A DNA stretch of 44,284 bases from Schleiferiaceae bacterium (GTDB taxonomy: Bacteria > Bacteroidota > Bacteroidia > Flavobacteriales > Schleiferiaceae), in contig JAKMGS010000001.1 of assembly GCA_022424815.1 (NCBI GenBank), forward strand, positions 1-44,284, written 5' to 3'. Both the position numbers and the translations under genes were made by a program. Position 1 is the first letter of the stretch. The number at the start of each line of letters is the position of its first letter. The notes under the pieces were generated by a model. That model made no database searches, was not told where the DNA came from, and saw only the letters and a list, made by a program, of their open reading frames with translations. Shown here piece after piece: positions 8,759 through 18,860 of this stretch.

Positions 8759-9745
8759 ATGAACGCATTGAAATCGCGCATACTCACAGTGGCTATTACA
8801 CTGACAGCCAGCACCTTAAGCTTTGCTCAAGATGCTCACTTCAGTCAATATTACGCCAATCCTATCTACCTAAATCCGGCATTTGCGGGTCTAGAAAGAT
8901 GTCCTACAGTCCATACTAATTACCGAAATCAGTATCCTGAGCTCGGAGTATACCAGACTTATTCTGCCTCCTACGATCAATACGTAGACAAATTAAATGG
9001 TGGAGTAGCCGTAATGGCGCTGCGTGATGATGCAGGAAATGGCGCACTAAATCTGACCGAAGTCAGTGGAGTATATAGCTACCATTTAGAAGTAAACCGC
9101 AAGTTTACCTTATTGAGTGGTTTCCAAGCCACATTCCGTCAACGCACATTGGATTGGGGACAGTTTACATTCCCAGATATGATTGATCCGTTCTACGGCT
9201 TTGTTTTGCCCACGAATGAAATTGCGCCAGGTAACAATTATAACAATCACTTAGACCTGAGCTTCGGTATGCTAGGCTTTACTGAGCGTTGGTACATTGG
9301 TGTAGTGGGTCATCATTTGACCGAACCGAACGAAGCATTCTTGAGCCAGAGCCGTTTACCATTTAAACTTACTGCACATGCTGGGGCTAATCTTCCTCTC
9401 GGCCGTAAGCGACTGCACAATAGTTTACAATCTTACCTCGTTCCTAATATAGTATACCAACAACAAGGACCTGCATCTCAGTTGACTGCTGGTTTGAGTT
9501 TTGCTCGTGGACCTTTGGCAGGAGGTTTAGCTCTCCGTCAAGGAAGCTTCAACCCGGATGCTGTGATTTTCATTTTGGGAATCACCCCGCCTGACCTTCC
9601 CTGGACTTTTGGTTATAGCTATGATTACACCATTAGTGATCTAACCAATACACTAGGTGGTGCTCATGAAGTCAGCCTGGGCTACAAATTCCCATGCCGC
9701 ACACGTAAAAGCAAAATGAAACCTCTTAAGTGTCCTAAATTCTAA
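8759..9745 (+). CDS. PorP/SprF-family type IX secretion membrane protein
   Basis: Has a signal peptide followed by AQDAHFSQYYANPIYLNPAFAG, the PorP/SprF signature N-terminus. ATG at 8759 is preferred over TTG at 8732. Confidence 0.8.
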   Translation: MNALKSRILTVAITLTASTLSFAQDAHFSQYYANPIYLNPAFAGLERCPTVHTNYRNQYPELGVYQTYSASYDQYVDKLNGGVAVMALRDDAGNGALNLTEVSGVYSYHLEVNRKFTLLSGFQATFRQRTLDWGQFTFPDMIDPFYGFVLPTNEIAPGNNYNNHLDLSFGMLGFTERWYIGVVGHHLTEPNEAFLSQSRLPFKLTAHAGANLPLGRKRLHNSLQSYLVPNIVYQQQGPASQLTAGLSFARGPLAGGLALRQGSFNPDAVIFILGITPPDLPWTFGYSYDYTISDLTNTLGGAHEVSLGYKFPCRTRKSKMKPLKCPKF

Positions 9746-9767
9746 CCAAGACGAAACATTAAATAGT

Positions 9768-11498
9768 ATGAATACCTTCGTAAAGTTTTCAATCGCCACT
9801 GTTGCGCTTGCTCTTCTTGCAAGTTGTGCAGGACCAGAATCTAATACTACTGGTTGGGCTATTAACAACAAAAAGAATGGTGGCTTTCAAGCAAACTTGA
9901 ACTACAAGGGCCAAGAAACTGGACCTGGTTTAGTGTTCATTGAAGGTGGTACATTCACCATGGGTCAGGTTGAAGAAGATTTTATCAAAGATTGGAACAA
10001 CATACCTCGCCAGATGACGGTGAGTTCATTCTACATGGATGAGAATGAAGTAACGAATCTGGATTATAGAGAGTATTTGTATTGGCTCGAAAGAGTGTAT
10101 AAAGAAGAATACCCACGGGTATTTGAAACTGCACTACCGGATACGTTAGTTTGGCGAGATAAGTTAGCATACAACGATAATTACGTTGAAAATTACTTGC
10201 GTCACCCCGCGTATAATTACTATCCAGTGGTTGGTGTAAGTTGGCTACAAGCACAACGTTACTGTTCTTGGAGAACTGATCGTGTCAATGAGGCCATTTT
10301 AATTGAAAAAGGCATTCTGAGCATCAATGAAAATCCTTATGGTCCAGATCATTTCAATACAGAAGTTTACCTTTATAGAGAAGGTGAATATTCTGTCCAA
10401 AACAAAAAGGGACTTAAAGATTTAAACCCCATGGGATATGGAAAAGATGGACGTCCAGCCCGAATTGAAGACGGTATTCTATTGCCAAAATATCGCTTAC
10501 CGACGGAAGCAGAATGGGAATACGCAGCCTATGCAGATGGTGGTCGCCGCATCTATAACACGGTAGTAGATAAAAACAAGTACAGCTGGAATGGTAATGA
10601 AACACGCAACTACAACAAACAGGAACGTGGTGATATTCTTGCCAACTTTAAACGTGGAAGAGGAGATAACATGGGTACATCTGGATGGCTCAATGACCAA
10701 GCCGATATCACCATTCAAGTACGTTTTTATCCGCCAAATGATTTTGGATTATACGATATGGCGGGTAATGCAGCGGAGTGGGTGCTAGACGTTTACCGTC
10801 CTCTATCATCAACCGATGTTACTGACTTCCGAGGATTTCGTGGGAATGAATTTCAAACCTTTGATAAGAATTGGGACAACAGTGGTGGACTCGTTATCTT
10901 GGATGACGTTCAGTATGACACCATCAACGGTGTAGGTGTTCCAGTACGTCTTCCAGGGCAACTTCCTATGAGGGATGTGACTGCCGATGATGTTGTCAGT
11001 AAAGATAGAACCTTTCCTACACGTCGCAACTACAGCCAAAGTGATTACCGTGATTATCTCGATGGTGATGTCCAAAGCTCTACCGACTATGATGCGGGTG
11101 GAGATTTTGATAATCAGACTACTCTAGATTTTCCAGAGGATAGTGATAGTTTAGGTTTTCCTAGTGATAGTGCATCATTTGCTTTTGAAGATAGCACTGA
11201 ATTTGATGATCTGTCAATGTCTTCACCAATTGATTTTGGGACTTCACCTGCTATGTACGACTACCAAAACACTTCTTTGATTAACAACACAACACGTGTT
11301 TACAAAGGAGGAAGCTGGAAAGACCGTGCGTATTGGTTAAGCCCAGGGACACGTCGATTCTTAGAAGAAGATCAAAGTACTGATTACATTGGGTTTAGAT
11401 GTGCAATGGATCGTGTTGGATTCCAGAATCTCGACGATTCTCGCAACAAGCGTCCTGGGAAAGTCAAACGACACAACTTCAAGCGTTACAAAATGTAA
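9768..11498 (+). CDS. gldJ: gliding motility lipoprotein GldJ (FGE/sulfatase-modifying-factor-like fold)
   Basis: Has a lipoprotein signal (LLASC). TGWAINNKKNGGFQ...QETGPGLVFIEGGTFTMG and RVYKGGSW...GFRC match GldJ. The conserved gldJ-murF synteny is present. Confidence 0.85.
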   Translation: MNTFVKFSIATVALALLASCAGPESNTTGWAINNKKNGGFQANLNYKGQETGPGLVFIEGGTFTMGQVEEDFIKDWNNIPRQMTVSSFYMDENEVTNLDYREYLYWLERVYKEEYPRVFETALPDTLVWRDKLAYNDNYVENYLRHPAYNYYPVVGVSWLQAQRYCSWRTDRVNEAILIEKGILSINENPYGPDHFNTEVYLYREGEYSVQNKKGLKDLNPMGYGKDGRPARIEDGILLPKYRLPTEAEWEYAAYADGGRRIYNTVVDKNKYSWNGNETRNYNKQERGDILANFKRGRGDNMGTSGWLNDQADITIQVRFYPPNDFGLYDMAGNAAEWVLDVYRPLSSTDVTDFRGFRGNEFQTFDKNWDNSGGLVILDDVQYDTINGVGVPVRLPGQLPMRDVTADDVVSKDRTFPTRRNYSQSDYRDYLDGDVQSSTDYDAGGDFDNQTTLDFPEDSDSLGFPSDSASFAFEDSTEFDDLSMSSPIDFGTSPAMYDYQNTSLINNTTRVYKGGSWKDRAYWLSPGTRRFLEEDQSTDYIGFRCAMDRVGFQNLDDSRNKRPGKVKRHNFKRYKM

Positions 11499-11520
11499 TC
11501 TGACTTTTAACAATATTAAA

Positions 11521-11546
11521 CCCTGCCTCTTCGGCGGGGTTTTTTT
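11521..11546 (+). terminator. rho-independent terminator after gldJ
   Basis: The stem CCCUGCC (11521-27) pairs with GGCGGGG (11533-39), including one G-U pair, around a 5 nt loop. It is followed by T7 (11540-46). Confidence 0.75.
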
Positions 11547-11582
11547 ATGCCCTAACTTTCCCCTAAACAATTCACTGTACTC

Positions 11583-12857
11583 ATGACTCCATTCGAGGCC
11601 TATCTTCAATGCAAAGCTGTATCAACCGATACGCGCAACATCGTTCCCGGTTCTGTGTTTTTTGCCCTCAAAGGCGCACGGTTCAACGGAAATGAATTTG
11701 CACTACAAGCTTTGGCTGAGGGAGCTTCCTATGCCGTCGTCGACGAGCCAGTTGGAGAAGACCACAGACTTCTGCAGGTAGATGATGTGCTCACAACCCT
11801 TCAAGATTGTGCAAAGCAATACCGCAGGCATCTCGGCATCCCCATCATAGGGCTGACCGGTAGCAATGGAAAGACCACCAACAAGGAACTCTTTCATGCA
11901 GTACTCTCTACCCACTTCAATGTCCACGCGACAAAGGGTAACTTCAATAACCATATTGGCGTACCATTGACCCTATTGAGTATTCCTGAAGCCACCGAAC
12001 TGGCCGTAATAGAAATGGGTGCCAACCATCAAGGGGAAATCGCTCTACTGGCCTCCATTTGCGAGCCAGATCTTGGCTACATCACGAACTATGGCAAAGC
12101 ACATATGGAAGGATTTGGTGGCGTAGAAGGCATCATTAAAGGCAAAAGTGAGCTATATGACTTTATTCGATCCCACAACAACGCATACGTATTATTAAAT
12201 ACCGATGATCCTATTCAAATTGAGAAAAGTCAAGGATGCGCTACCATCACCTTTGGTCAACACAGCGGCCAGTACCAATGGTTACCTAAAGCTGAAGGAG
12301 AATTTGCCGGGCTTTGTTTCGAACACGAGCATCACGTTCATAATGTCAAGAGTCAACTCAGCGGTTCTTTTAATGAAACGAATATTGCTGCAGCAGTAGC
12401 ACTCGGCTTGCACTATGGTATTACTGCTGCCAACATCGTGAAAGCCATTAAATCCTATGTGCCGTCGATGAACAGAGTCGAATGGAGGGAAACCGCACAT
12501 AACAAGGTCTTATTAGATGCGTACAACGCCAATCCTACCAGCATGTCTTTATCGGTAGAAAGCTTCGCGAAATGGCATCCCAATGGTTACTTAATCCTCG
12601 GTGATATGTTTGAGCTCGGCACAGCCGCAGACGAAGAGCATGAAGCAATGGTACAATTGGTGTGCGAATCAGGCATGTCGGAACGCTGCATTTTAGTGGG
12701 AGACTTTTTCGGACGAACCTCGTGGGAAGGTGCTCATTTTGGCACCGCAGCAGAATTGGCCAAGTATTGGAACGAAAAGGGCGCCCCTAAGGACGCCCAT
12801 ATCTTGTTAAAAGGTTCACGAGGCATTGCTCTGGAGCAACTCCTCCCCCTGCTGTAA
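11583..12857 (+). CDS. murF: UDP-N-acetylmuramoyl-tripeptide--D-alanyl-D-alanine ligase
   Basis: Mur ligase motifs are present (GLTGSNGKTT, NYGKAH, DAYNANP). Confidence 0.9.
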   Translation: MTPFEAYLQCKAVSTDTRNIVPGSVFFALKGARFNGNEFALQALAEGASYAVVDEPVGEDHRLLQVDDVLTTLQDCAKQYRRHLGIPIIGLTGSNGKTTNKELFHAVLSTHFNVHATKGNFNNHIGVPLTLLSIPEATELAVIEMGANHQGEIALLASICEPDLGYITNYGKAHMEGFGGVEGIIKGKSELYDFIRSHNNAYVLLNTDDPIQIEKSQGCATITFGQHSGQYQWLPKAEGEFAGLCFEHEHHVHNVKSQLSGSFNETNIAAAVALGLHYGITAANIVKAIKSYVPSMNRVEWRETAHNKVLLDAYNANPTSMSLSVESFAKWHPNGYLILGDMFELGTAADEEHEAMVQLVCESGMSERCILVGDFFGRTSWEGAHFGTAAELAKYWNEKGAPKDAHILLKGSRGIALEQLLPLL

Positions 12858-14003
12858 TTAGCTGTTTTTGATCAAGTCACGTGAGATGACGACACGCTGA
12901 ATCTCAGAAGTACCCTCATAGATTTGGGTAATCTTGGCATCACGCATCAAACGCTCCACATGGTACTCTTTCACGAAACCGTAGCCGCCGTGTACTTGAA
13001 CTGCTTCTGTGGTGACCCACATTGCTGCCTCAGAAGCTGCTAGTTTCGCCATGGCACTTTCTTTGTCGTACGGCAAACCTTGGTCTTTCAACCAAGCAGC
13101 CTTGTACACCAACATACGCGCTTGCTCAATCTTCATTTCCATGTCGGCCAGTTTGAATGCAATGGCTTGGTGGTCATGAATAGGCTTTCCGAAGGTGGTA
13201 CGCTCTTTAGAGTACGCAAGTGCTAAATCCAATGCTCCTTGTGCAATTCCCAGAGCTTGGGCAGCAATACCGATACGGCCACCACTCAAGGTCTTCATGG
13301 CGAATTTGAAGCCGAAACCGTCCTCGCCTATTCTGTTCTCTTTAGGCACCTTTACGTCATTGAATAACAATGTGTGCGTATCTGAACCGCGAATCCCGAG
13401 TTTATCTTCTTTCTTTCCAACTACGAAGCCGTCCATCCCCTTCTCAACGATCAATGCGTTGATACCGCGGTGGCCCTTTTCGCGATCGGTTTGTGCAATT
13501 ACTAACGCTATCTCACAGCTATTTCCATTCGTGATCCAGTTCTTCGTGCCGTTCAGCAAATAGTGGTCGCCTTGGTCAATGGCGGTAGTTTGCTGTGATG
13601 TCGCATCTGAACCGGCTTCCGGCTCGCTCAAACAGAATGCACCAATGATTTCGCCTGAAGCTAATCTGGTGAGGTATTTCTGCTTTTGCTCTTCAGTACC
13701 GAAGGTATCTAGACCCCAGCACACGAGGCTATTGTTCACGCTCACGACGACAGACGCCGAGGCATCTACCTTTGAAAACTCTTCCATGGCCAGTACGTAC
13801 GACAAGGTGTCCATACCCGAACCGCCGTAGTCCGGACTGACCATCATGCCCATGAAACCGAGCTCGCCAAGTTGCTTAATTTGTTGTGCAGGGAATTCCT
13901 GCTTTTCGTCTCTTTCTATGACTCCTGGAAGCAATTCCGCCTGTGTGAAATCACGCGCTGCATCCCGAATCATCAAATGCTCCTCTGATAGGGTGAAGTT
14001 CAT
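12858..14003 (-). CDS. acyl-CoA dehydrogenase (short/branched-chain type)
   Basis: The ACAD family signature runs throughout (CLSEPEAGSD, GGYGF..EY.VER..RDAKI..IYEGT). Confidence 0.9.
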   Translation of the reverse strand: MNFTLSEEHLMIRDAARDFTQAELLPGVIERDEKQEFPAQQIKQLGELGFMGMMVSPDYGGSGMDTLSYVLAMEEFSKVDASASVVVSVNNSLVCWGLDTFGTEEQKQKYLTRLASGEIIGAFCLSEPEAGSDATSQQTTAIDQGDHYLLNGTKNWITNGNSCEIALVIAQTDREKGHRGINALIVEKGMDGFVVGKKEDKLGIRGSDTHTLLFNDVKVPKENRIGEDGFGFKFAMKTLSGGRIGIAAQALGIAQGALDLALAYSKERTTFGKPIHDHQAIAFKLADMEMKIEQARMLVYKAAWLKDQGLPYDKESAMAKLAASEAAMWVTTEAVQVHGGYGFVKEYHVERLMRDAKITQIYEGTSEIQRVVISRDLIKNS

Positions 14004-14031
14004 CGATTATTCTGATTAATATTGGGTTACG

Positions 14032-14039
14032 CAAATGTA
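14032..14039 (-). promoter_or_regulatory. candidate -7 box (TACATTTG) for the acyl-CoA dehydrogenase gene
   Basis: This is the same octamer as in the rRNA promoters, 28 nt upstream of ATG 14003. No -33 TTG lies at the proper spacing. It overlaps the anmK start codon. Confidence 0.35.
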
Positions 14040-15078
14040 CAACGCAGGCTTCAATGTTTTAGGATTAATGAGCGGCACTTCCCTTGACGGAATGGATGCT
14101 GCTTTGGTCGCTTTTGACCCGGAAGATTCGAGAGATTGGAAGGTGTTAGGGGTCCAATTCTACCCCTACCCATGGGAGCTAAAAGAAATGGCCCAACAAA
14201 CCTATAGGCAAGGCAAAAAATCGCCTGCCTTCGACCAGTCTTTTGCTGCGTGGACGGTTGACTGTGTATGTTCATTTAAACAAACACACGATGTTGAAAT
14301 ACATCTTATCGGGCATCACGGCCAAACAATATTCCACGATCCTACAGACAAGTTCACCTACCAAGCCGGTTGTCTACCTTCGATTGCAGAGGAATTGAAC
14401 ATACCTGTCGTGACCAATTTTCGGATGCAGGACGTACTCCTAGGCGGACAAGGCGCACCTTTAGTTCCCACGGGAGATCATCTGATGTTTGGGGAATATG
14501 AATGCTGTTTAAACATTGGTGGATTCGCGAATTATTCGTTCGGCAAACCCATTCTTTCGGAGGGCATTGCAGCGGCCGGGGATATTTGTCCGGTCAATGC
14601 AGTACTCAATGGGCAGGCAGAATTGTTAGGCCAGGCCTATGATGCTGGCGGGAAATTGGCAGCCTCTGGAACTGTCTTCGAGGACAAAGTCAAGATACTT
14701 ATAGGTGCTATCCAAAGTACTGAGGAGAGTTTGGGGTATGAATGGATGGAGGATCATATCAACCCAATTTTAAATGGACTTTCACCTGTCGATGCGTTGG
14801 CTACCTACACTGAGGTAGTAGCTAGGGTCATTGCGGAGAGAATTGGTCCTAGAAAAACTTTAATTACCGGTGGAGGCGCCAAAAACAAGTGCCTCATTTC
14901 AAGAATCTTTAGCTTAGGCGCAGACCTCGTCGTACCCTCTGAGCAAATCATCGACTACAAAGAAGCCATGATATTCGCATTGTTGGCCGCCGAGAGATTT
15001 CATGGACGACTCAATGTTTTAGGCCACACCACGGGGAGTGGATTATCGCATAGTTCCGGCAGTATTTTCTATCCTTGA
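14035..15078 (+). CDS. anmK: anhydro-N-acetylmuramic acid kinase
   Basis: The N-terminal GLMSGTSLDGMDAAL is the AnmK signature, and the length is right. Confidence 0.85.
   Translation: MYNAGFNVLGLMSGTSLDGMDAALVAFDPEDSRDWKVLGVQFYPYPWELKEMAQQTYRQGKKSPAFDQSFAAWTVDCVCSFKQTHDVEIHLIGHHGQTIFHDPTDKFTYQAGCLPSIAEELNIPVVTNFRMQDVLLGGQGAPLVPTGDHLMFGEYECCLNIGGFANYSFGKPILSEGIAAAGDICPVNAVLNGQAELLGQAYDAGGKLAASGTVFEDKVKILIGAIQSTEESLGYEWMEDHINPILNGLSPVDALATYTEVVARVIAERIGPRKTLITGGGAKNKCLISRIFSLGADLVVPSEQIIDYKEAMIFALLAAERFHGRLNVLGHTTGSGLSHSSGSIFYP
14150..14159 (+). repeat. GGGTCCAATT motif copy (in anmK, read as V-Q-F)
   Basis: Exact 10-mer read directly. Confidence 0.9.
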
Positions 15079-15113
15079 AACGCTATCTTTAAACTCCCTT
15101 AAACAGAGCACAC

Positions 15114-16340
15114 ATGAAAGAGCAACTGCGCGCTTTTGAAGAGCGCCCCGCAGAGATTGTATTCCACTGGCACGATTCTGAAACTGAAGCAAAAGGCTGG
15201 GTCGTAATCAATAGCCTACGCGGCGGTGCCGCGGGTGGCGGAACCCGTATGAGACCCGGACTCACGGAAGGTGAAGTCTTATCGCTAGCCAAGACCATGG
15301 AAATCAAATTTACCATCGCTGGACCGGCTATTGGCGGTGCCAAAAGTGGTATTGACTTCGATCCGAATGATCCTAGAAAACAAGGCGTATTAGAACGCTG
15401 GTACAAGGCGGTATACCCTCTTTTAAAAAACTATTACGGCACCGGCGGTGACCTCAACGTCGATCAAAAGACGGAGGTTATTCCTATCACCAGTGAATTG
15501 GGCATTTTGCATCCGCAAGAGGGTGTACTTAATGGACATTACCAGCCGGGGGATTTTGCCAAGGCCAAGAAGATAAAACAGCTGCAAGATGGGGTAAGCT
15601 TAACGGTAGATTGCCCAAATCTCACTCCTAGCTCCGAAGGCACCTTTAAGGTGGGCGACCTTATTACCGGCTATGGGTCCGCAGTGAGCGTCAAGCACTT
15701 CTATGATATTTGGGGCGGCAATGTTCAACAAAAACGAGTAATCATCCAAGGATGGGGCAATGTTGCTTCAGGTGCAGCGTATTACCTCAGTCAAATGGGC
15801 GCTAAAATTGTCGGAATTATTGATAAGGTAGGCGGCTTGATGAAGCCTGAAGGATTTTCATTCGAAGAGATCCAAGTACTGTTTAATGAAAAGAACGGTA
15901 ATGTATTGAATGCGCAGAATATGATGAGCTTCGAAGAAATGAACAAGCAGATTTGGTCTATGGGTGCCGAGGTCTTCATCCCTGCGGCGGCCTCAAGATT
16001 GGTCAATAGGATGCAACTCGCCCAGCTCTTGGACAATGGATTGGAAGTGATTTCTTCGGGTGCCAATGTTCCGTTTGCAGATGAAGAGATTTTTTATGGC
16101 CCAATTGCCGAACTCGCAGATCAAAAATGTGCGGTCATCCCTGATTTTATATCAAATTGTGGAATGGCCAGAGTTTTCGGATATTTAATGCAAGAAGGCG
16201 CTGTTGTCAATGATGAGGCCATTTTCGACGATGTTTCCAACACTATAAATTCTGCACTACTTAACGTCAAAGCTATTGATAACCAAAAAACAGGCATTAC
16301 ATTTAAGGCATATTCAAACGCCCTTAAACTGCTGATATAA
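15114..16340 (+). CDS. Glu/Leu/Phe/Val dehydrogenase family protein
   Basis: Contains GGAAGGGTRMRP and the catalytic-Lys block AGPAIGGAKSGIDFDP, plus a Rossmann motif GWGNVASGAA. Confidence 0.8.
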   Translation: MKEQLRAFEERPAEIVFHWHDSETEAKGWVVINSLRGGAAGGGTRMRPGLTEGEVLSLAKTMEIKFTIAGPAIGGAKSGIDFDPNDPRKQGVLERWYKAVYPLLKNYYGTGGDLNVDQKTEVIPITSELGILHPQEGVLNGHYQPGDFAKAKKIKQLQDGVSLTVDCPNLTPSSEGTFKVGDLITGYGSAVSVKHFYDIWGGNVQQKRVIIQGWGNVASGAAYYLSQMGAKIVGIIDKVGGLMKPEGFSFEEIQVLFNEKNGNVLNAQNMMSFEEMNKQIWSMGAEVFIPAAASRLVNRMQLAQLLDNGLEVISSGANVPFADEEIFYGPIAELADQKCAVIPDFISNCGMARVFGYLMQEGAVVNDEAIFDDVSNTINSALLNVKAIDNQKTGITFKAYSNALKLLI

Positions 16341-16342
16341 TT

Positions 16343-17653
16343 ATGGTATATACACTAATGCTGGTAGTATTCGTACTAGGCTATGCAGCTATTGCTCTCG
16401 AGCATCAACTAAAAATAGATAAAGCGGCTGCGGCCCTAGTAACCGGTGTGGTTACTTGGACCTTATACATCATGACCGCTCACGATGTTCATCATGTTGA
16501 AGAACACCTGCTGCATCACCTCAGTGAAATCTCCTCCATCCTCTTCTTTTTGATTGGGGCGATGACCATTGTTGAATTAGTCGATGCACACGAAGGGTTT
16601 TCAGTCATTACCGATAAGATTAAGACCACAAAAAAGGTTAAACTCATGTGGATTATTTGCGTGTTGAGCTTTTTCTTTTCAGCCGCCTTGGATAATCTTA
16701 CCACTTCTATCGTAATGGTCAGCTTGTTGCGTAAGTTGATTGAAGATAAAAAAGACCGCTGGTTCTTTGCCGGGATGGTGGTGGTTGCCGCCAATGCAGG
16801 AGGTGCCTGGTCGCCCATTGGAGACGTGACCACCACTATGCTTTGGATCAAAGGCCAGATCACAGCAGCAGGAATTATTAAGGTGTTAATCATCCCTTCT
16901 ATTTTCACATTGTTAGCCCCTTTGGCCATTCTTTCCTTCCGAATGAAAGGGAACGTAACACGCCCAGTTCGAGTAGAAAGTGCCGATCACTACACTGATC
17001 CAACTACTCCATTCGAAAGAAATTTCGTGTTCTTTGCCGGTGTAGCAGGATTAATTTTTGTTCCAATTTTCAAGACCGTGACCCACCTCCCCCCTTTCAT
17101 GGGCATGATGCTTTCTTTAGGTGTCTTGTGGCTGATTACAGATATTATACACAGAAGAAAACCTAGCGAGGTTCGTCACGAGTTGAGTGTGTTGGGTGTA
17201 GTTCGTAAAATTGATACACCATCGGTACTTTTCTTCTTGGGAATCCTCTTGGCCGTAGCTTCATTGCAAAGCATGGGACAGCTGGGAGATTTAGCTATTG
17301 CCTTGGATAACTCCATTGGCACAAACACTGAAAGCGGCGTATATGCTGTGAGCATCATTATCGGTTTACTTTCTTCCATTGTAGATAACGTACCCCTAGT
17401 TGCAGCTGCGATGGGAATGTACGAGGTTACCACTACTGGTCTATTCATGGTAGATGGTGTATTCTGGGAGTTTTTGGCTTATTGTGCAGGAACAGGTGGT
17501 TCTGCGCTCATCATTGGTTCAGCTGCTGGTGTGGCAGTAATGGGACTAGAAAAAATACCATTTGGTTGGTATTTGAAGAATATTTCACTGCTTGCACTCG
17601 TTGGATACTTTGCAGGGGCGGCAGTATATATCCTCGAACGTACACTCTTTTAG
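16343..17653 (+). CDS. nhaD: Na+/H+ antiporter NhaD (ArsB/NhaD permease superfamily)
   Basis: A polytopic membrane protein of about 436 aa with NhaD-like blocks (SAALDNLTT, ANAGGAWSPIGDVTTTMLW, SIVDNVPLVAA). Confidence 0.75.
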   Translation: MVYTLMLVVFVLGYAAIALEHQLKIDKAAAALVTGVVTWTLYIMTAHDVHHVEEHLLHHLSEISSILFFLIGAMTIVELVDAHEGFSVITDKIKTTKKVKLMWIICVLSFFFSAALDNLTTSIVMVSLLRKLIEDKKDRWFFAGMVVVAANAGGAWSPIGDVTTTMLWIKGQITAAGIIKVLIIPSIFTLLAPLAILSFRMKGNVTRPVRVESADHYTDPTTPFERNFVFFAGVAGLIFVPIFKTVTHLPPFMGMMLSLGVLWLITDIIHRRKPSEVRHELSVLGVVRKIDTPSVLFFLGILLAVASLQSMGQLGDLAIALDNSIGTNTESGVYAVSIIIGLLSSIVDNVPLVAAAMGMYEVTTTGLFMVDGVFWEFLAYCAGTGGSALIIGSAAGVAVMGLEKIPFGWYLKNISLLALVGYFAGAAVYILERTLF

Positions 17654-17678
17654 AGTCGTTCGAACTTGTTGATATCTC

Positions 17679-17710
17679 GAAAGCCCTTGTAAAACGAGGG
17701 CTTTCTTTTT
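17679..17710 (+). terminator. rho-independent terminator after nhaD
   Basis: A 9 bp perfect stem, GAAAGCCCT (17679-87) / AGGGCTTTC (17697-705), with a 9 nt loop, followed by TTTTT. Confidence 0.8.
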
Positions 17711-17741
17711 GCGGATATTTGAGAAAATGACACTTTAGACA

Positions 17742-18446
17742 ATGAATACACAATTCCTTCAAATTCAGCCAGGCACTAATGCTGCTGATATGACTTCAAC
17801 TTCGTCGAACGAAACCACTATGTCAATTCTTGATTTGATGTCCTCAGGAGGTATCGGGGGAATCCTAATCATGGTGTTCTTAGGAATTCTAAGCGTCATG
17901 GCCATCTACATTTTCTTAGAGCGATTTGGCGCCATACGCAATGCGAATAAAGTAGATCCTAATTTCATGAATAATATCAAGGATATGGTATTAGATGGGA
18001 AGTTAGAAAGTGCACAAGCCTTGTGTGCTGCAGAAAGTACACCTGTGGCGCGGATGATTGATAAAGGTATTAGTCGTATTGGAAAGCCTTTAGGTGATAT
18101 TACTCAAGCCATCGAGAATCAGGGCAAATTAGAAGTAACTCGATTAGAAAAAGGTCTCGCAATGTTAGCAACGATTTCTGGTGGCGCACCTATGATTGGT
18201 TTCTTAGGAACGGTTATCGGGATGATCCTAACCTTTAAAGAGATGGCAAATGCTGGAGGCCAAATCAAGTTAGATATGATGGCGGAAGGCATTTATACTG
18301 CAATGACCACTACGGTTGCCGGTTTGTTGGTCGGTATCATTGCCTATTTTGGTTACAATTTTTTGGTGACTCGAGTGGATAGCGTAGTATACAAACTTGA
18401 AGATAGTGCGATGGCCTTCTTAGACTTATTGCACGAACCAGCTTAA
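17742..18446 (+). CDS. MotA/TolQ/ExbB proton-channel family protein
   Basis: Has three TM segments and the conserved C-terminal block GGAPMIGFLGTVIGM...TTVAGL. Confidence 0.85.
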   Translation: MNTQFLQIQPGTNAADMTSTSSNETTMSILDLMSSGGIGGILIMVFLGILSVMAIYIFLERFGAIRNANKVDPNFMNNIKDMVLDGKLESAQALCAAESTPVARMIDKGISRIGKPLGDITQAIENQGKLEVTRLEKGLAMLATISGGAPMIGFLGTVIGMILTFKEMANAGGQIKLDMMAEGIYTAMTTTVAGLLVGIIAYFGYNFLVTRVDSVVYKLEDSAMAFLDLLHEPA

Positions 18447-18458
18447 TCGAAACTTATT

Positions 18459-18860
18459 ATGAATTTAAGATCGAGAAGGAAAGTTAGTGCAGAGGTCAAT
18501 ATGTCGTCAATGACAGATTTGGTCTTCTTATTACTCATATTCTTCATCTTGGCCTCCACCCTAGTCACCTCAAGTGCATTGGACATCATCTTGCCAAAAA
18601 GTGGTGCACAAACGGTCAAGAAAAAGAACATTACACTCACAGTGAATGAAGACCTTGAGTTCGACCTTAACGGGAGTATTATAAGCTATGACCAAGTCGA
18701 ATCTCGTCTGATAGCAGCTGCCTCCGAACTATCCGCTGATGAAGAACCCGTAATTGTGCTTCGCGCTGACCAAAGTATTCCTACGGGAGAAACGGTACGA
18801 ATTTTGGACATAGGATACCGTAACAATATGAGAATGATCATTGCAACTGATCCGAACTAA
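18459..18860 (+). CDS. ExbD/TolR biopolymer transport protein
   Basis: Has an N-terminal single TM with the signature NMSSMTDLVFLLLIFF. It is 133 aa long and follows the ExbB-like gene. Confidence 0.85.
   Translation: MNLRSRRKVSAEVNMSSMTDLVFLLLIFFILASTLVTSSALDIILPKSGAQTVKKKNITLTVNEDLEFDLNGSIISYDQVESRLIAAASELSADEEPVIVLRADQSIPTGETVRILDIGYRNNMRMIIATDPN

Noticed and set aside
8634-8768. Long N-terminal extensions in the ORF track (porU to 8768, pdhA to 3922, SDR to 1571, ftsX to 37161, leuS from 37097, truB to 35296, kynA to 42250, FemAB-like to 26696)
   Set aside because: The extensions overlap divergent or adjacent genes, promoter boxes or terminators, and precede the conserved N-termini or signal peptides. 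Internal starts were used instead.
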